Virus record (IMG/VR): IMGVR_UViG_3300032288_002265
Location: 9,328-73,327 of that record
From: a virus
Length of the DNA: 64,000 nucleotides
Direction: 5' to 3' (one strand)
Of this stretch, positions 50,753 through 63,100 are shown piece by piece. Position 1 is the stretch's first letter. The number at the start of each line of letters is the position of its first letter. The position numbers and the translations under genes are program-made. Below the pieces are notes generated by a model. That model ran no database searches, was not told where the DNA came from, and saw nothing but the letters and a program-made list of their open reading frames with translations.

Positions 50753-51341
50753 GCGGGTCATCGCGCAGGCTTACGATGAGAAACACATCGAGCTTGCTCG
50801 TTACTTCATTCCAAGGATGGCGAGGTGGTGCGAGGCCAACGGCTGGCGTCACATCGTCCGCCACGTCCATTCGACTCACCACGATTACGATCACAACTAC
50901 CGGAAGTACCCGCTCGTCCGGGAATTGATCTATGACCACGACGTGGTGGTCTGGGCTGACACGGATGTGATCCCGGTGTCTGGCAAAGACTTCATCATTC
51001 CCGACGGCGACATCCACTTCTCCTGGGACCGCCACGGGCTCTGCGCTGGATTCGTGGCGTACAGGTCATGCCAGTGGACGGCGGACTTCGTGGAGGGGCT
51101 GACAGCGATCATTCCCAAGCGGGGGCTGCACCACACCCACGAGCAGGAATGCCTCAAGGCGATCACGCTGATCGGCGACTGTGTCCACCACATCCGAATG
51201 CTCCCGGAGACGATCGTGGCGAATCCGCACTTACCGCACTGGGAGACTCCTCCTACCTTCTTCCACGCCTGGTCGAACGGTGGTGTGGCCGACGCGATCA
51301 ACAGGGCTGATGCGATATGCAACTCCACCACAGCTTCCTAG
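50739..51341 (+). CDS. GT-A glycosyltransferase (GT34-like)
   Basis: RWCEANGW, RKYPLV, VVWADTD (DxD), LCAGF, HEQ, FFHAW. Confidence 0.75.
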   Translation: MPTHKRVIAQAYDEKHIELARYFIPRMARWCEANGWRHIVRHVHSTHHDYDHNYRKYPLVRELIYDHDVVVWADTDVIPVSGKDFIIPDGDIHFSWDRHGLCAGFVAYRSCQWTADFVEGLTAIIPKRGLHHTHEQECLKAITLIGDCVHHIRMLPETIVANPHLPHWETPPTFFHAWSNGGVADAINRADAICNSTTAS

Positions 51342-52327
51342 AGACTAGGTGTGGTCAATGGCTTTCGAGAGAATTGGCTGGAGACATCAAGGATGCGCTG
51401 GCCAGTAACCGGCCGAGGCCAGAGCAGTTCTGGATCGTCGACAACTCGGCGATGAACACGCCTGGATACAGGGCTTACAACCCAACCATCATCCGCAGCG
51501 GTGACAAGACTCTGATGGCATTCCGCCGCCACGGACTGGGCGACCACTCCGATCAGGCAATGGGCGTGGACTCCCACATCGTGGTCTGCGAGCTCGACCA
51601 GGATCTCCGCAGGGCCTCGAACCACCGGATCATCTCCAGCCTGGTCGGGCCGAACTCTGAGGATCCGCGCCTGTTCCACCACCGGGACGCTGTCCACCTC
51701 TCGTACACCTCTGCTGCGTACACTCCAGGCAACGTCTGGGATTGCATGATGCAGTGCGCTCAGCTGAACCAGGACTCGGGATCCGCGCTGCTCCACTACG
51801 ACAATCGGTTCGGCGTGAATGGTGCGTCCCACGAGAAGAACTGGACCTACTTCAGCGACGGCGGAATGCTGCGGTTCGTCTACAACATCGAGCCGCTGAT
51901 TGTCTTTGAGGTCGAGACCAGGAAGATATGGTATCACCGGCATCGCGGAGAGTGGGTGTTCGGCATCCCTCACGGCGGCACACCTCCGGTCAAGGTGGGC
52001 GACCTGTGGATCTCGTTTTTCCACTCGTACCGCAAGCATCCGATCTACAAGCGGCAGTACTTCGTCGGGGCGTACGCTTTCGACGAGACGATGAAGGTGC
52101 GGATGTTCACCCCCTGGCCGATCTTTGCGGGTGACGCCTCAGATGGGTACTGCTTCGACACAAGCCGATCGAACTGGACGCCGATCGTGGCGCTTCCGTG
52201 CGGGGCGATATTCGACGGGGATGATTGGACAGTGTCGCTCGGTATCAACGATTCCTACTGCGGCATCTTCAAGATTCCTCACAGAGCACTGATGTCTGAT
52301 CACCTCAAGGAGGTTGTAACTTCTTGA
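51317..52327 (+). CDS. GH130-like five-bladed beta-propeller glycosidase/phosphorylase
   Basis: YNPTI, EDPRL, EKNW, HGGTPP, FFHS, LPCGA, GINDS. Confidence 0.78.
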   Translation: MQLHHSFLETRCGQWLSRELAGDIKDALASNRPRPEQFWIVDNSAMNTPGYRAYNPTIIRSGDKTLMAFRRHGLGDHSDQAMGVDSHIVVCELDQDLRRASNHRIISSLVGPNSEDPRLFHHRDAVHLSYTSAAYTPGNVWDCMMQCAQLNQDSGSALLHYDNRFGVNGASHEKNWTYFSDGGMLRFVYNIEPLIVFEVETRKIWYHRHRGEWVFGIPHGGTPPVKVGDLWISFFHSYRKHPIYKRQYFVGAYAFDETMKVRMFTPWPIFAGDASDGYCFDTSRSNWTPIVALPCGAIFDGDDWTVSLGINDSYCGIFKIPHRALMSDHLKEVVTS

Positions 52328-52358
52328 AGAAACCTCTTTGCGAGGGTAACAGACTGGC

Positions 52359-54788
52359 ATGGCGCAACTAACGGTCAAACCTGCGGATGGAGGCACCTTG
52401 ATCACAAGGGCCGCATCTGCTGACGTTGGGGCGCAACGGTACACCGCCAAGGTGAACTGGCGGCGCGACCTGACCGACGAGATGACCCGTGAGGGTTGGG
52501 ACTACTTCAACCCGCTCCCAGACGAGGTTGACTTCCAGACGTTCCCGTTCCCTGGATCCTCCTTTCCGATCAACCTGATCCACCACGTCCGCCGTCCAAA
52601 CGGCGAGAGTGCGGTCGTGGTCGGCAACGCAACGACGCTGTACCGGTTCAATACCGTGCTCGAGGGATACACCACGGCCGACTACGCCGACGGTGTGCTG
52701 GACAGTCCTGCTGGCGCACTGCTGCAACCGTACTTTGCCACGCCCACCCGCTGGCAGATCATCGGCTCTGGATTCGATCCGGATGGCCGGCGCTGGGAGG
52801 CTGAGAACGTCAACGGATCAACCGTGTTTTCCAACGGGGTCGATCTCCCGGTCGAGTACCGCGTCGAGTACTGGGAGACCAAGCCGCTCTACGAGCTCCG
52901 CGAGCAGGGTGTTATCTGCCTTGGCACCATCGGCGAAGATGCGTCGATACTGATGGGTGGTGATGTCACTGAGATTGACTCCACAGACATCGATACTGTC
53001 CTTGGCCTGATCACCTCCGGATCGATCACTGTCTCACAGGTTGGGTTTACCCGGAATCGGAACGTCAGTGCGACCAGCACCGGCACCGTGGTCACGACGA
53101 ACACGGCGTTCTTCCAGTCCACCGACGTTGGCCGTGTGCTCGTCTGGTCGAACGGCAAACGTCAGACGATCACCGCCCGCAACAGCGCGACCGAGATCGT
53201 GGTGTCCTCTGGAGATGCGGTGCCGCTCGGCCGCACGTTCCACATCACTGACTCGCAGCAGATCTCCACGAGTAATGCTTTCAAGATCACCGCGTCTGCA
53301 TCGTTCTTTACGAGCGAGATGGACGGCAAGGTTCTGTCCTGGCCAGACGGTTCCGTCCGCACGATTGTCGAGGTCGTCAGCCCGACGGTTGCCATCGTGG
53401 ACTCGGACTGGCCGATCCAGGCCGGCGTGGTGAAGTACGACAATCCGAAGGCGTACCTCGGCCTTGAGGATCTTAAGACGGCCGTCAACCTTTCGCGTCC
53501 GAACACTCCGCTGGGCTACAGCCAGCGCCAGTATCGCGCACTCTGGTCGGAACTAGAGCAGCCCACCCGCTTCGCCGTCCGCATTCCATGCACGTTCGAG
53601 GCTCGATCTGGAGTCATCGCTGTCACCCGCACAAACCGATCGATCAAGACCGGCGACGTGGTTGCCATCGAGGGCGCAGGGGAGTCGGGTGGAACTCTTC
53701 AGACTACCGTCACCGGCACTGGCCCTGGTGTGATCACGATCAAGGACAAGACGTTGGTGTCCGGTTCTGGGTCGGTGACTCGGTTCTCGTCGATCGGCGG
53801 CACCGCTGGGTATGAGGATCTCCAGGACGATGGTTCAGCCATCCTGAAGATCGCCCGCCTCCAGGGGCGCGTCATCCTCTACAAGGACTCAAACATCTTC
53901 GTGGGACGATACACTGGGTCCGCTGAGCGCCCGTTCGAGTTCGAGCGCATCGTCGCGTCCCACGGTCGCAGCCTGTACTTCCGGAACACGCTGGTCTCGA
54001 TCAACAACCGGACGCACTTCTACGCAGGTAGGAACCGGTTCTACCAGTTCGACCTAGTGACCCGCGTCCCTACGCCGATCGAGTCGGCCGACTACGTATC
54101 GAACCTATTCTTCGACACGGCCGACATCGCCGACACCGAGGAGATCTACGCTGCCGACAACCACCTCACCCAGGAGGTGTGGATCACGTGCCCGTCGTCG
54201 CCGACGAAGACGCTCTGCTTCGACCACGTCTACAGCACCTTCTCGACGATCGACTTCGCGTTCACTGCTGCGGCCCCGGTCAAGGATCCTTCCGCGCCAC
54301 TGGTGAAGGAGACCTCGAACTGGTTCCTCATGGGCACCTCGAACGGTGTGCTCGTGCAGTACGGCCTGTCCGACAAGCCGAACGACGCCTGGGAGGACAA
54401 GAAGTCGATCTGGTATCGGCGCAACGCCAGGCCTTACAACGCCACCAAGGCATCGTACCAAGCGACGCTCTCCAGCGGCCTGATCCACTTCGGTGATCCG
54501 TACAACGAGAAGCGCGTCACCTCGTACAACCTCCAGTTCTCTAGCCAGCAGGTTGATGGACCGGTGGCCGAGGTCGCGTTCTACTCCGCGCTCAACCAGG
54601 AGTCCGACGAGTTCGCTCTGGGTACCATGGCGATCTCGAGCGTCGGAAGCCGTGGCCTGGTCCCGCTGCACACCATCGCCCACTACATCCGCGACGAGGT
54701 GCGAACCTACGTCCAGAAGCCGATCCGACTCCACCAGCGCACCTGGGAGTTCGGCCAGGTCGCCAGCAAGAGCTACCACCGGAAATGA
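52359..54788 (+). CDS. Tail nozzle / tail tubular protein B-like
   Basis: 809-aa beta-rich, propeller-like protein after the adaptor; podovirus gene order. Confidence 0.65.
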   Translation: MAQLTVKPADGGTLITRAASADVGAQRYTAKVNWRRDLTDEMTREGWDYFNPLPDEVDFQTFPFPGSSFPINLIHHVRRPNGESAVVVGNATTLYRFNTVLEGYTTADYADGVLDSPAGALLQPYFATPTRWQIIGSGFDPDGRRWEAENVNGSTVFSNGVDLPVEYRVEYWETKPLYELREQGVICLGTIGEDASILMGGDVTEIDSTDIDTVLGLITSGSITVSQVGFTRNRNVSATSTGTVVTTNTAFFQSTDVGRVLVWSNGKRQTITARNSATEIVVSSGDAVPLGRTFHITDSQQISTSNAFKITASASFFTSEMDGKVLSWPDGSVRTIVEVVSPTVAIVDSDWPIQAGVVKYDNPKAYLGLEDLKTAVNLSRPNTPLGYSQRQYRALWSELEQPTRFAVRIPCTFEARSGVIAVTRTNRSIKTGDVVAIEGAGESGGTLQTTVTGTGPGVITIKDKTLVSGSGSVTRFSSIGGTAGYEDLQDDGSAILKIARLQGRVILYKDSNIFVGRYTGSAERPFEFERIVASHGRSLYFRNTLVSINNRTHFYAGRNRFYQFDLVTRVPTPIESADYVSNLFFDTADIADTEEIYAADNHLTQEVWITCPSSPTKTLCFDHVYSTFSTIDFAFTAAAPVKDPSAPLVKETSNWFLMGTSNGVLVQYGLSDKPNDAWEDKKSIWYRRNARPYNATKASYQATLSSGLIHFGDPYNEKRVTSYNLQFSSQQVDGPVAEVAFYSALNQESDEFALGTMAISSVGSRGLVPLHTIAHYIRDEVRTYVQKPIRLHQRTWEFGQVASKSYHRK

Positions 54789-55294
54789 GCTTCATCCGCA
54801 AATCGAATCCGGACACGGCAGACCGGCAGCTGCTCATGCTGCCCGATGTGCCCGTGCTGGACGGCTTGTCCAAGGCAGGCCAGGCGGCGTTCACCGACTG
54901 GTGGTCTCGTGTGCGCGAGGCCCTGAAGCGGGAGGATGACATACTGCGTGCCCTCATCGGAGAGGTTCGCGAGTCAATCCCGGCGCAACCCGCCGAGGAG
55001 CCTGACACCACCATCGTGCAGATCGGAGGGAGCGGATCAGGCGTCAGCCGGGAGGAGGTCGAGCAGATCGTCACCGAGTCGGTCGCGAACGCCGTGTCCA
55101 ACGCGAGGTACACGCACTTACAAGGGGTGCCTGCTACCGAGTGGCTCATTGTCCACAATCTCGGGTGGAAGCCGTCCGCTACCGTCATCGACTCGTTCGG
55201 AAACGAGGTCTGCGGTGATGTGAAGCATGACTCCATCACGCAGCTTCGGATCAGCTTTACCAACGCCTTCAGCGGAAACGCCTACCTAACCTAG
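54785..55294 (+). CDS. Tail-associated protein
   Basis: C-terminal W.IVHNLG..P.ATVID..G..V.G module common in tail proteins. Confidence 0.65.
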   Translation: MSFIRKSNPDTADRQLLMLPDVPVLDGLSKAGQAAFTDWWSRVREALKREDDILRALIGEVRESIPAQPAEEPDTTIVQIGGSGSGVSREEVEQIVTESVANAVSNARYTHLQGVPATEWLIVHNLGWKPSATVIDSFGNEVCGDVKHDSITQLRISFTNAFSGNAYLT

Positions 55295-55306
55295 CCCAGC
55301 ACCGAT

Positions 55307-57136
55307 ATGCCCAAGTTTCTCACGCCGATCAATCTCAGCAACCTGGAGCTCCAGAACGTCCTGCTCCAGAACACGCCCACCTCGAGCCTGCCGGTGACGC
55401 TCCGTGCTGGTCAGATCCTTTACGACTCCACGGTTCATCGTCCTGTGTGGAGCAACGGGTCTCTGTGGAACTACATCTACAGAGCTTCGACCACGCACGT
55501 GGACAGTGAGATCACTACGGTGATCCGAGACACCAGCGGCAACTTCTCTGCTGGCACGATCACGGCCGCGCTGTCGGGCAACGCCACCACGGCGACCACG
55601 CTCCAGACTGCCCGCAACATTGGTATCTCGGGAACCAAGGTCACCGCGACGGCGGCGAGCTTCAATGGTTCGACCGACGTGAACATCAACATCACCGCGC
55701 TGTCGGTGGTGCCTGGTGACATCGCGCTGGCCAACGGATCGTTCATTGTCGGCAACGGATCGACCGTCGGAGCTGCGACAGCAAAGAACCTGATCCCGAT
55801 CTCCGGGTTCGGTGCTGCGACCGCCAACGTGTCGATGGGCGACAGCTACCGGATCACGAACCTCGCTGATCCCCAGAACCCTCAGGACGCTGCCACCAAG
55901 GCTTACGTCGACACCTTCTCCCAGGGACTGGACCCCAAGGAGTCCTGTCATCTGGCGACCGCAGTCAACCTCGCTGCCACGTACACCTCGGGTAACCAGC
56001 GCCTGACTGGTACGGTGAACGGTGGTCTGACTGTGGACAGCGTGCCTGTAGTTGCCGGCGATCGCATCCTCGTGCGGAGCCAGACCACGGCGACCCAGAA
56101 CGGCATCTACGTCGTCACCCAGGCTGGTGATGCGTACACCCCGTTCATCCTGACCCGCGCTGCGGACTTCAACACCTCGGCCAAGGCGAGCCCTGGATCG
56201 TTCGTCTTCATCGAGAATGGCTCCGTCTATGCCGACACCGGCTGGGTGATGTCCTCTGACGCGGTGGTCACCCTCGACACCAGCAACATCAACTGGGTGC
56301 AGTTCTCGGGCGCTGGCTCGTACGCCGCCGGCCGAGGCCTGGTGCAGGTCGGTTCGCAGTTCCACTTCGCTCAGAGCACGGCCTACGCGGTCGGCGACAT
56401 CTTCTACGCGAGTGGTGCCTCGTCGATCACCCCGCTGGCTGCAGCCGCCACGAACAACGCGCTCATCTCGAACGGTGCTGGTGTGGCTCCCTCCTGGGGC
56501 AAGATCAGCACGGCCACGCTCGCTCAGATCGCCGGCCTCTCGATCCTGGGCAACACGGCCAACTCCACCGCGAACGTCGACCAAATCACCGGTACGGCGA
56601 ACCAGGTGCTGCGCGTGAATGCTGCCGGAAACGCCCTCGGATTCGGCTCGATCAACCTGGCTAATGCGGCTGCTGTCACCGGCATCCTCCCGATCGACAA
56701 CGGCGGTACTGGCCTGAACGCGGTTGGTGCCCAGTACACCGTCCTGTCGAGCAACGGTTCAGCCGCCAGCTGGACCTCGGTCAACCTAAACAACATGACC
56801 TCCGGAACGCTGCCTGTGGCCAAGGGTGGCACTGGGAGCACGTTCTTCACGGTGGCTGGACCGACGGCGACCAGGACGTTCACGTTCAAGGACCAGAACG
56901 CGACGGTTCCTACTTTCTTTGCAACTACGATCACGGGAGACAACTCAACCGTGGCGTTCACGGTGACGCACAACCTCAACACCCGCGACGTGATCATCGC
57001 CGTCAACGAGAGTGCGACTCCATGGGCGCGGGTCTACACGGACGACGAGGCGACCTCGACGACCACGGCCACGGTCAAGTTTGCAGTTGCCCCTCCGACT
57101 GGAACAAACTACCGAGTCGTCGTCGTTGGCTTCTAA
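55307..57136 (+). CDS. Tail fibre protein 1
   Basis: ITNLADP..PQDAATKAYVD, GDRILV..QT...QNGIYVV, LP..GGTG repeats, THNLNTRDV C-terminal domain. Confidence 0.85.
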   Translation: MPKFLTPINLSNLELQNVLLQNTPTSSLPVTLRAGQILYDSTVHRPVWSNGSLWNYIYRASTTHVDSEITTVIRDTSGNFSAGTITAALSGNATTATTLQTARNIGISGTKVTATAASFNGSTDVNINITALSVVPGDIALANGSFIVGNGSTVGAATAKNLIPISGFGAATANVSMGDSYRITNLADPQNPQDAATKAYVDTFSQGLDPKESCHLATAVNLAATYTSGNQRLTGTVNGGLTVDSVPVVAGDRILVRSQTTATQNGIYVVTQAGDAYTPFILTRAADFNTSAKASPGSFVFIENGSVYADTGWVMSSDAVVTLDTSNINWVQFSGAGSYAAGRGLVQVGSQFHFAQSTAYAVGDIFYASGASSITPLAAAATNNALISNGAGVAPSWGKISTATLAQIAGLSILGNTANSTANVDQITGTANQVLRVNAAGNALGFGSINLANAAAVTGILPIDNGGTGLNAVGAQYTVLSSNGSAASWTSVNLNNMTSGTLPVAKGGTGSTFFTVAGPTATRTFTFKDQNATVPTFFATTITGDNSTVAFTVTHNLNTRDVIIAVNESATPWARVYTDDEATSTTTATVKFAVAPPTGTNYRVVVVGF

Positions 57137-57163
57137 GCAGCAACTGGAGAGGTGCCCTGAGTC

Positions 57164-60100
57164 ATGCCCAAATTCCTTAACCCGATCACCATAACCACCC
57201 CGGGTGGTTCCGCGCCACTGATCGTCAACAGTTCGACGCTGGTGACGAATCTAAACGCCGACCTGCTAGATGGGCAGCACGGTTCGTTTTACCAGAACGC
57301 TGGAAACCTAAATGCTGGCACTCTACAGGCAGCACGCCTACCAGCGTTTTCTGGCGGCGATGTCACATCCACTGCAGGAACTGTTGCTCTTACACTTGCC
57401 AACAGCGGTGTGACGGCTGGCACGTACACCAAGGTCACTGTCGATGCTAAAGGCCGAGTAACCACGGGCGCACTGCTGGCATCTGCAGACTTGCCTACCT
57501 ACACCGGAACGATCACGTCCGGTCAGGTGACGACGGCGCTTGGTTTCACGCCGTACAACGCGACGAATCCGAGTGGGTACATTACCAGTACAGCGTCGAT
57601 CACTGGATACTCTGGTGGCATCTCGGTTTCAGACTCGCGAGCCGTAGTTACCACACCCCAGAGCATTAACATGGGTGTGGTGTTTGACTTTAAGCAGAAC
57701 ACCACGGACGGGCTTTCAGACGGAGGGACGTACTTCGGAGAGATGACGTTTCGCCAGTACGGTTCAACGACCGACTGGAGTGGAGGGTTGTCACATCAGC
57801 TTGGATTCACAGACAACGGAAACATCTGGCAGCGCAGCGGAAGCAATACCACTTGGGGCGCTTGGAAGAAGCTGCTTGATACAAGCAACTTCTCATCGCA
57901 CGCATTGCCTCTCAGTGGCGGAACGCTCACGGGACAGCTGTTTTCAAACTCCAAGATCGAGACCACAGGAGTAGTCACTGGATCGAGCTTCAGTGGAGCG
58001 GGGACTGGACTAACCGGAACTGCAGCATCACTTACCGCTGGCGCTGTACCGTGGACCGGAGTCACTGGGAAACCGACAACCCTTGCAGGATACGGCATCA
58101 CCGATGCACTACCGTTGGCTGGAGGCACTCTTTCAGGACTGCTGACAGCAAGCGCGGGTATCACGATGACCGGGGGAAGGCTTTACGTCTCTTCTGCTGC
58201 GTCCGGCCAGACTTATGGCGGCACCGTCCACATCCGTGACGGTGAAGCCACTGGGGCTAACAACTCGTTTGCTGGCATCGCGTTCTCATCAGCGCCTGGA
58301 GCCGACTTCGTAATTGGCAAGTACAGCAACGCGGGTGTTGGAAGGCTGCAAATACGAAACCATCAGGCCACCGTTCTAGCTACGATTGAGGCAGACGGCA
58401 GTGCATCATTTGCAGGCGGACTGACGGCCACCAATTTTACCGGCCCAGGAACTGGCCTGACTGGCACTGCAGCCGGACTGAGCATCGGTGGTAGTGCGGT
58501 GCAGCTAAACGGACAAGCCGCGAGCTTCTACCAGAACGCTGGAAACCTAAATGCGGGCACACTCCTTGCAGCGCGGATGCCGGCGTTTACGGGAGGCGAT
58601 GTCACGTCCACTGCGGGAACTGTCGCTCTGACACTCGCGAACAGTGGCGTCACTGCCGGCACTTATCGCTCGGTCACCACTGACGCTAAAGGAAGGGTCA
58701 CCGCAGGGACTAACCCGACCACGCTCGCCGGCTACGGAATCACTGATGCTCTCCCTCTCACAGGCGGCACGTTGACAGGTGGATTGACCGGAACCACTGC
58801 GTCGTTTTCAGGGGCTGTTTCAGCCCCTCAATATGCTTGGGCGTCGAGCAAGGGGTACGAGACAAGCAACAGTGAGTACTCTGGTCCAAGAACTCTGTTT
58901 GAACTGGCATACGCACTTGCTCAAGCACACGGATCGAACGACAGCTTTAGATACAAAACCGTTCTAAATCGCCAGTCATGGAATGGTTCCGCGTGGATCA
59001 CCGACAATTCAACGGCATGGACCAACGCGCTGACTCCTGATGGCGGTGGAACGACAGTAATCACTCAGGCCGAGTACGCTGCAGGCACAACAAAGAAGCG
59101 TTTCACGATCGACGTTGGCGGCGATTGGCAAAGAGCTAACCTGATATTTGTCCAGCGCGGATGGAATCAGTCTGACTGGGCGTTCTCACTAGAGGTTGAG
59201 CGGAGCACCGACAACGTCAACTGGACCTCTGACGGCGTCCAGAGTGTCCCCAATGGCCCTGGGTTAGCGTACTTCTCACAAGCTGACACAGGTCAGACGA
59301 GATGGTTTCGGATCACTGTAGCAGCCACACAGGTGATTACAGCGGGTGGTCTAACAATCATTCGTGTAATGGCGCTGGGGCCTCGATACGCGACTGTTCA
59401 CCCGTTCACAGTTGACTACAGTAGGAACGTCTCGTTTGCCGCTGGAATCACGCTCGCGAACCCGATCACCAGCACGGTCGCAACAGGCACCGCTCCGTTC
59501 GTTGTCGCCAGCACAACTCAGGTCAACAACCTCAATGCCCAGTTGCTTGGTGGCCAGCTTAGTACGTACTACGCCGCCGCGTCGTCCCTGACGAACTATC
59601 TGCCGAAGTCTGGAGGAGCGATGACAGGTGCGTTGGCGCTGCACTCGACGGGGACCAACGGGTTCTACAACGGCACTGGGGACGCGGCCACTTACGCCCT
59701 CTACAACTTCAAGCTAGGCGGGTGGAACGGCATGGCGCTCGAGAACCTGGCACCTGGAGGCACATACCCGTCCCAGGTGGTCGGCGTCATCAACTTCCGG
59801 GAAGGCACGATCGACATGAAGGGGGGCTTCAAGGTGAACGGGGCTTCCGTCATCACTGAGAACCAGAGCATTACGATCAGTGGCGATGCGAGCGGTACTG
59901 GAAAAACGGCGATCAACCTGACTCTTTTGAGCGTTGGTACTGCTGGTACGTACCGATCAGTAACGACTGATTCCAAGGGCCGCGTCACTGCAGGTACCAA
60001 TCCGACCACACTGGCTGGTTACGGGATCACTGATGCATTGCCGATCACTGGTGGTGCGCTTACCGGCACGATCTCGATCGACACCTCAGGATCTACCGCT

Positions 60101-63100
60101 CTTGTTAGCTCAGTCGTCATCAAGCGCAGCGGGCAGTCCTCCGTCAACTTTGGTCAGTACCCTGGTGCATGGCGCTCGGCTCTTCAGATTCAGAGCAACG
60201 CGAGCGACCGCCTATTGTTCCTCGCCCCGCCTGAGGCTGACTACCAGTTTGGTATGCTCCGTTCCGCGAATGGCGGACTAAAGATCGATGTCGGAGGCAC
60301 TACAGCCAACCAAGGCACCAACGCAGTCACGATCGACACTGCAGGAACGGCCAACTTCCCGGTCGGCTTACAGCAGAACGGAAGCGCGGTTCTCACTGCT
60401 GCAAGCACCAGTGCACCGAACTTAAGCGTCGGTGGAAGTGCAGGTTCAGTTGCATGGACAGGAGTCACTGGGAAACCGACAACCCTTGCCGGCTATGGGA
60501 TCACCGACGCCCTACCACTGACTGGGGGGACGCTCACTGGACAGTTGAATGCCAATAGCGGTCTAAGTATTAGCGGTTCACTATTTCAAGGAGACTACAC
60601 TCGTCGGCAGATTGCACTGAGTGGTCCTGGCACAGCTAACTTTGGGAACTGGAAGCAGTTCATCCGGCTGTGGGCTGCAACGGGCTCAGGGAGCAACCTC
60701 TTCACGCTGAAGGTGTCTGTGCGCGGACAATGGAACTGGTCAGCAGTATTCGGAACAGTTGAGGCATACTACTCTCTTTACCTTCCGGCCGACAGCACGA
60801 TCAGTTCACTTAGAGACTTCAGGATCACTCACGTTTCTGGGCCGGCCACTGACAATATCCGCCTTGGTGATGCGGTGATTGAGAACGGTTTCGTTTCAAT
60901 CCCAGTGTGGTGCGCGAACACCAACGGATTAGAGGCAACCGTTGAGCAGTGGACCGGGGCCAAAATACTCGGGACTGTAACAACAGCAGTATCAGAGGCT
61001 CTCCCGGCATTTATCGCTCCAAGTTTCAGGGGTGGGCTCACTTCAAATGGTCCGTTGATCATCACTGACTCAAACAGCGGCGTGTTTTTGCCGTCTACAA
61101 ACGACGCTCGTTTCAACATTCAATCCGGCACCGCTGGAGCGTGGCTTGACATCCGCAGCGAAACCCTCGGCTACGCGGCTGTAAACCTCTACGGAAGCAC
61201 GGTAGCTACTGGCCGATGGTCCGCTGGCATGACTGGCGGCAACTCGAACTACCGCATCACCTCTGGAGCCCAAGGCGCTGGAACTGTGTTCATGGAGATG
61301 AACAGTTCGACCAACGCCACCAACTTTCCAAACGCTCTGCAGCAGGGCGGAAACCAAGTTGTTCACTCTGGTAACGTCGCAAGCTACGCCCTGCCAATCG
61401 GTGGTGGTACTGTCACGGGACAGGTTCTGATTGGCTCGTACATGAGCCTCAACTCTTCCGCCTCGATCATGGGAATGGTTGGGTTCAATCGGAATGCTGC
61501 GACAGGGGCGATCTTCAACGCATCCTACGGTGCGTACCAACTTCACAACAACACCGGCACACTTGAGCTTCAGGTCTATAATTCGGCTGGTGGTTTTGTT
61601 GGAGCACACACGTTCAACAACAGTGGAAACGTAGCGTTCTTGACCGGCACGGTAACGGCCGGTGGGAATCAGGTCGTACACGCTGGCAACGTCTCTACCT
61701 ACGCTCTTCCTATTGGAGGTGGAACGCTGAACGGAAACCTGACAATGGGTTCTGGTTACCAGCACCGCGCTTCTGATGGGTCTGCATCTGCTCCTGGGTA
61801 TTCGTTCAGTGCGGAGACCAGCACCGGCATATATCGGTCTGGCACGAACACGTTGGCGTTCTCCACTGGAGGAACTCAGCGGGTCACGATCAATGGTGTT
61901 GGGGCGATGAATGTGACCGGTGCTATCACTCAGGCTGGAAACCAAGTCCTCCACGCGGGCAACTACAACTCCTACGCGGTGGACAACACCAAGCGGGTGA
62001 AGCAGTTCTTCTGGGACAGCCTAGGCGCATCCACCACTCAGGCGCGTCGATTTGAGATCGCACGTATCGCGATCGACATCGTCAACTGGAACCAGGTCGG
62101 CACGTTCGAGATTGAACTGCACGAGCAGTACTACAGCAAGGGCATCAAGAAGCGATACGCCGTCCGGTACGGGTATTCAGGCACTCGCCCTGGATTGACG
62201 CTGGTTGAAATGACTGGCGCTGGTGACAACAACTTCCAGGTTGTGCTCGGTTCCGAGCAATTAGTCAGCGGAAACCACTACTACCTGCCGATCTACGTCG
62301 ATGTGCGCTACTACTCGTTCGTGGACGTGCGCGTCACCACGTCGCGCCAGATCACGACGAACAGCACGCCGCCGGTCGGGTACACCTACATCAACAGCAG
62401 CCCGACTCCGACCAACATCACCGACTTCACCGCTGATAGTACGGTTGACATCTCGAACGCGGCGACAGCGTGGCAAGCTGGTGGCAACGTGATACTCCAC
62501 GCCGGGAACTACAACAGCTACGCGCTTCCTCTCACGGGCGGCACGCTTACAGGAGGACTGTCTGGCACGACTGGATCGTTCAGCGGAGAAGTGACGTGGT
62601 CTGGTTGGAACTCTGGAAACGCTCGTGCCGTCCGCATCGGTTACTCTGGGGGCAATTACGGAGGTATTGGGTACGGCATCAACTACACATCCACATCTGG
62701 ATCACACACATACGCATTCGCCGATGCTGTAACTCGCATCGATCTTGCGGACGGTATTCAGGTCTACAGCGCAGCTGCTGGAACAGCTGGTGCCGCTGTG
62801 TCGTGGACGACACTATTGGAGGCGACACGAGGAAACGGAAACCTGAGGTGGAAGGGGAACACGGTCCTCGACAGCAACAACTACAACAGCTTCGCGCTGC
62901 CGCTTAGTGGTGGCACGATGACTGGAAACATCATCCTTCCCGCAACTGGCTACGTCGGTTTGAACGGTGGGTCTACTTACGGAATTGGAACACTTGCAAC
63001 AAACCGTAACAGCGGTGTTTTTGACACGGTTGAGTCAACTGGAACAGACCCTCTTGAACTGAACTACTATCAGGGCGGTGCGGTTAAGATTGGTTCAGGT

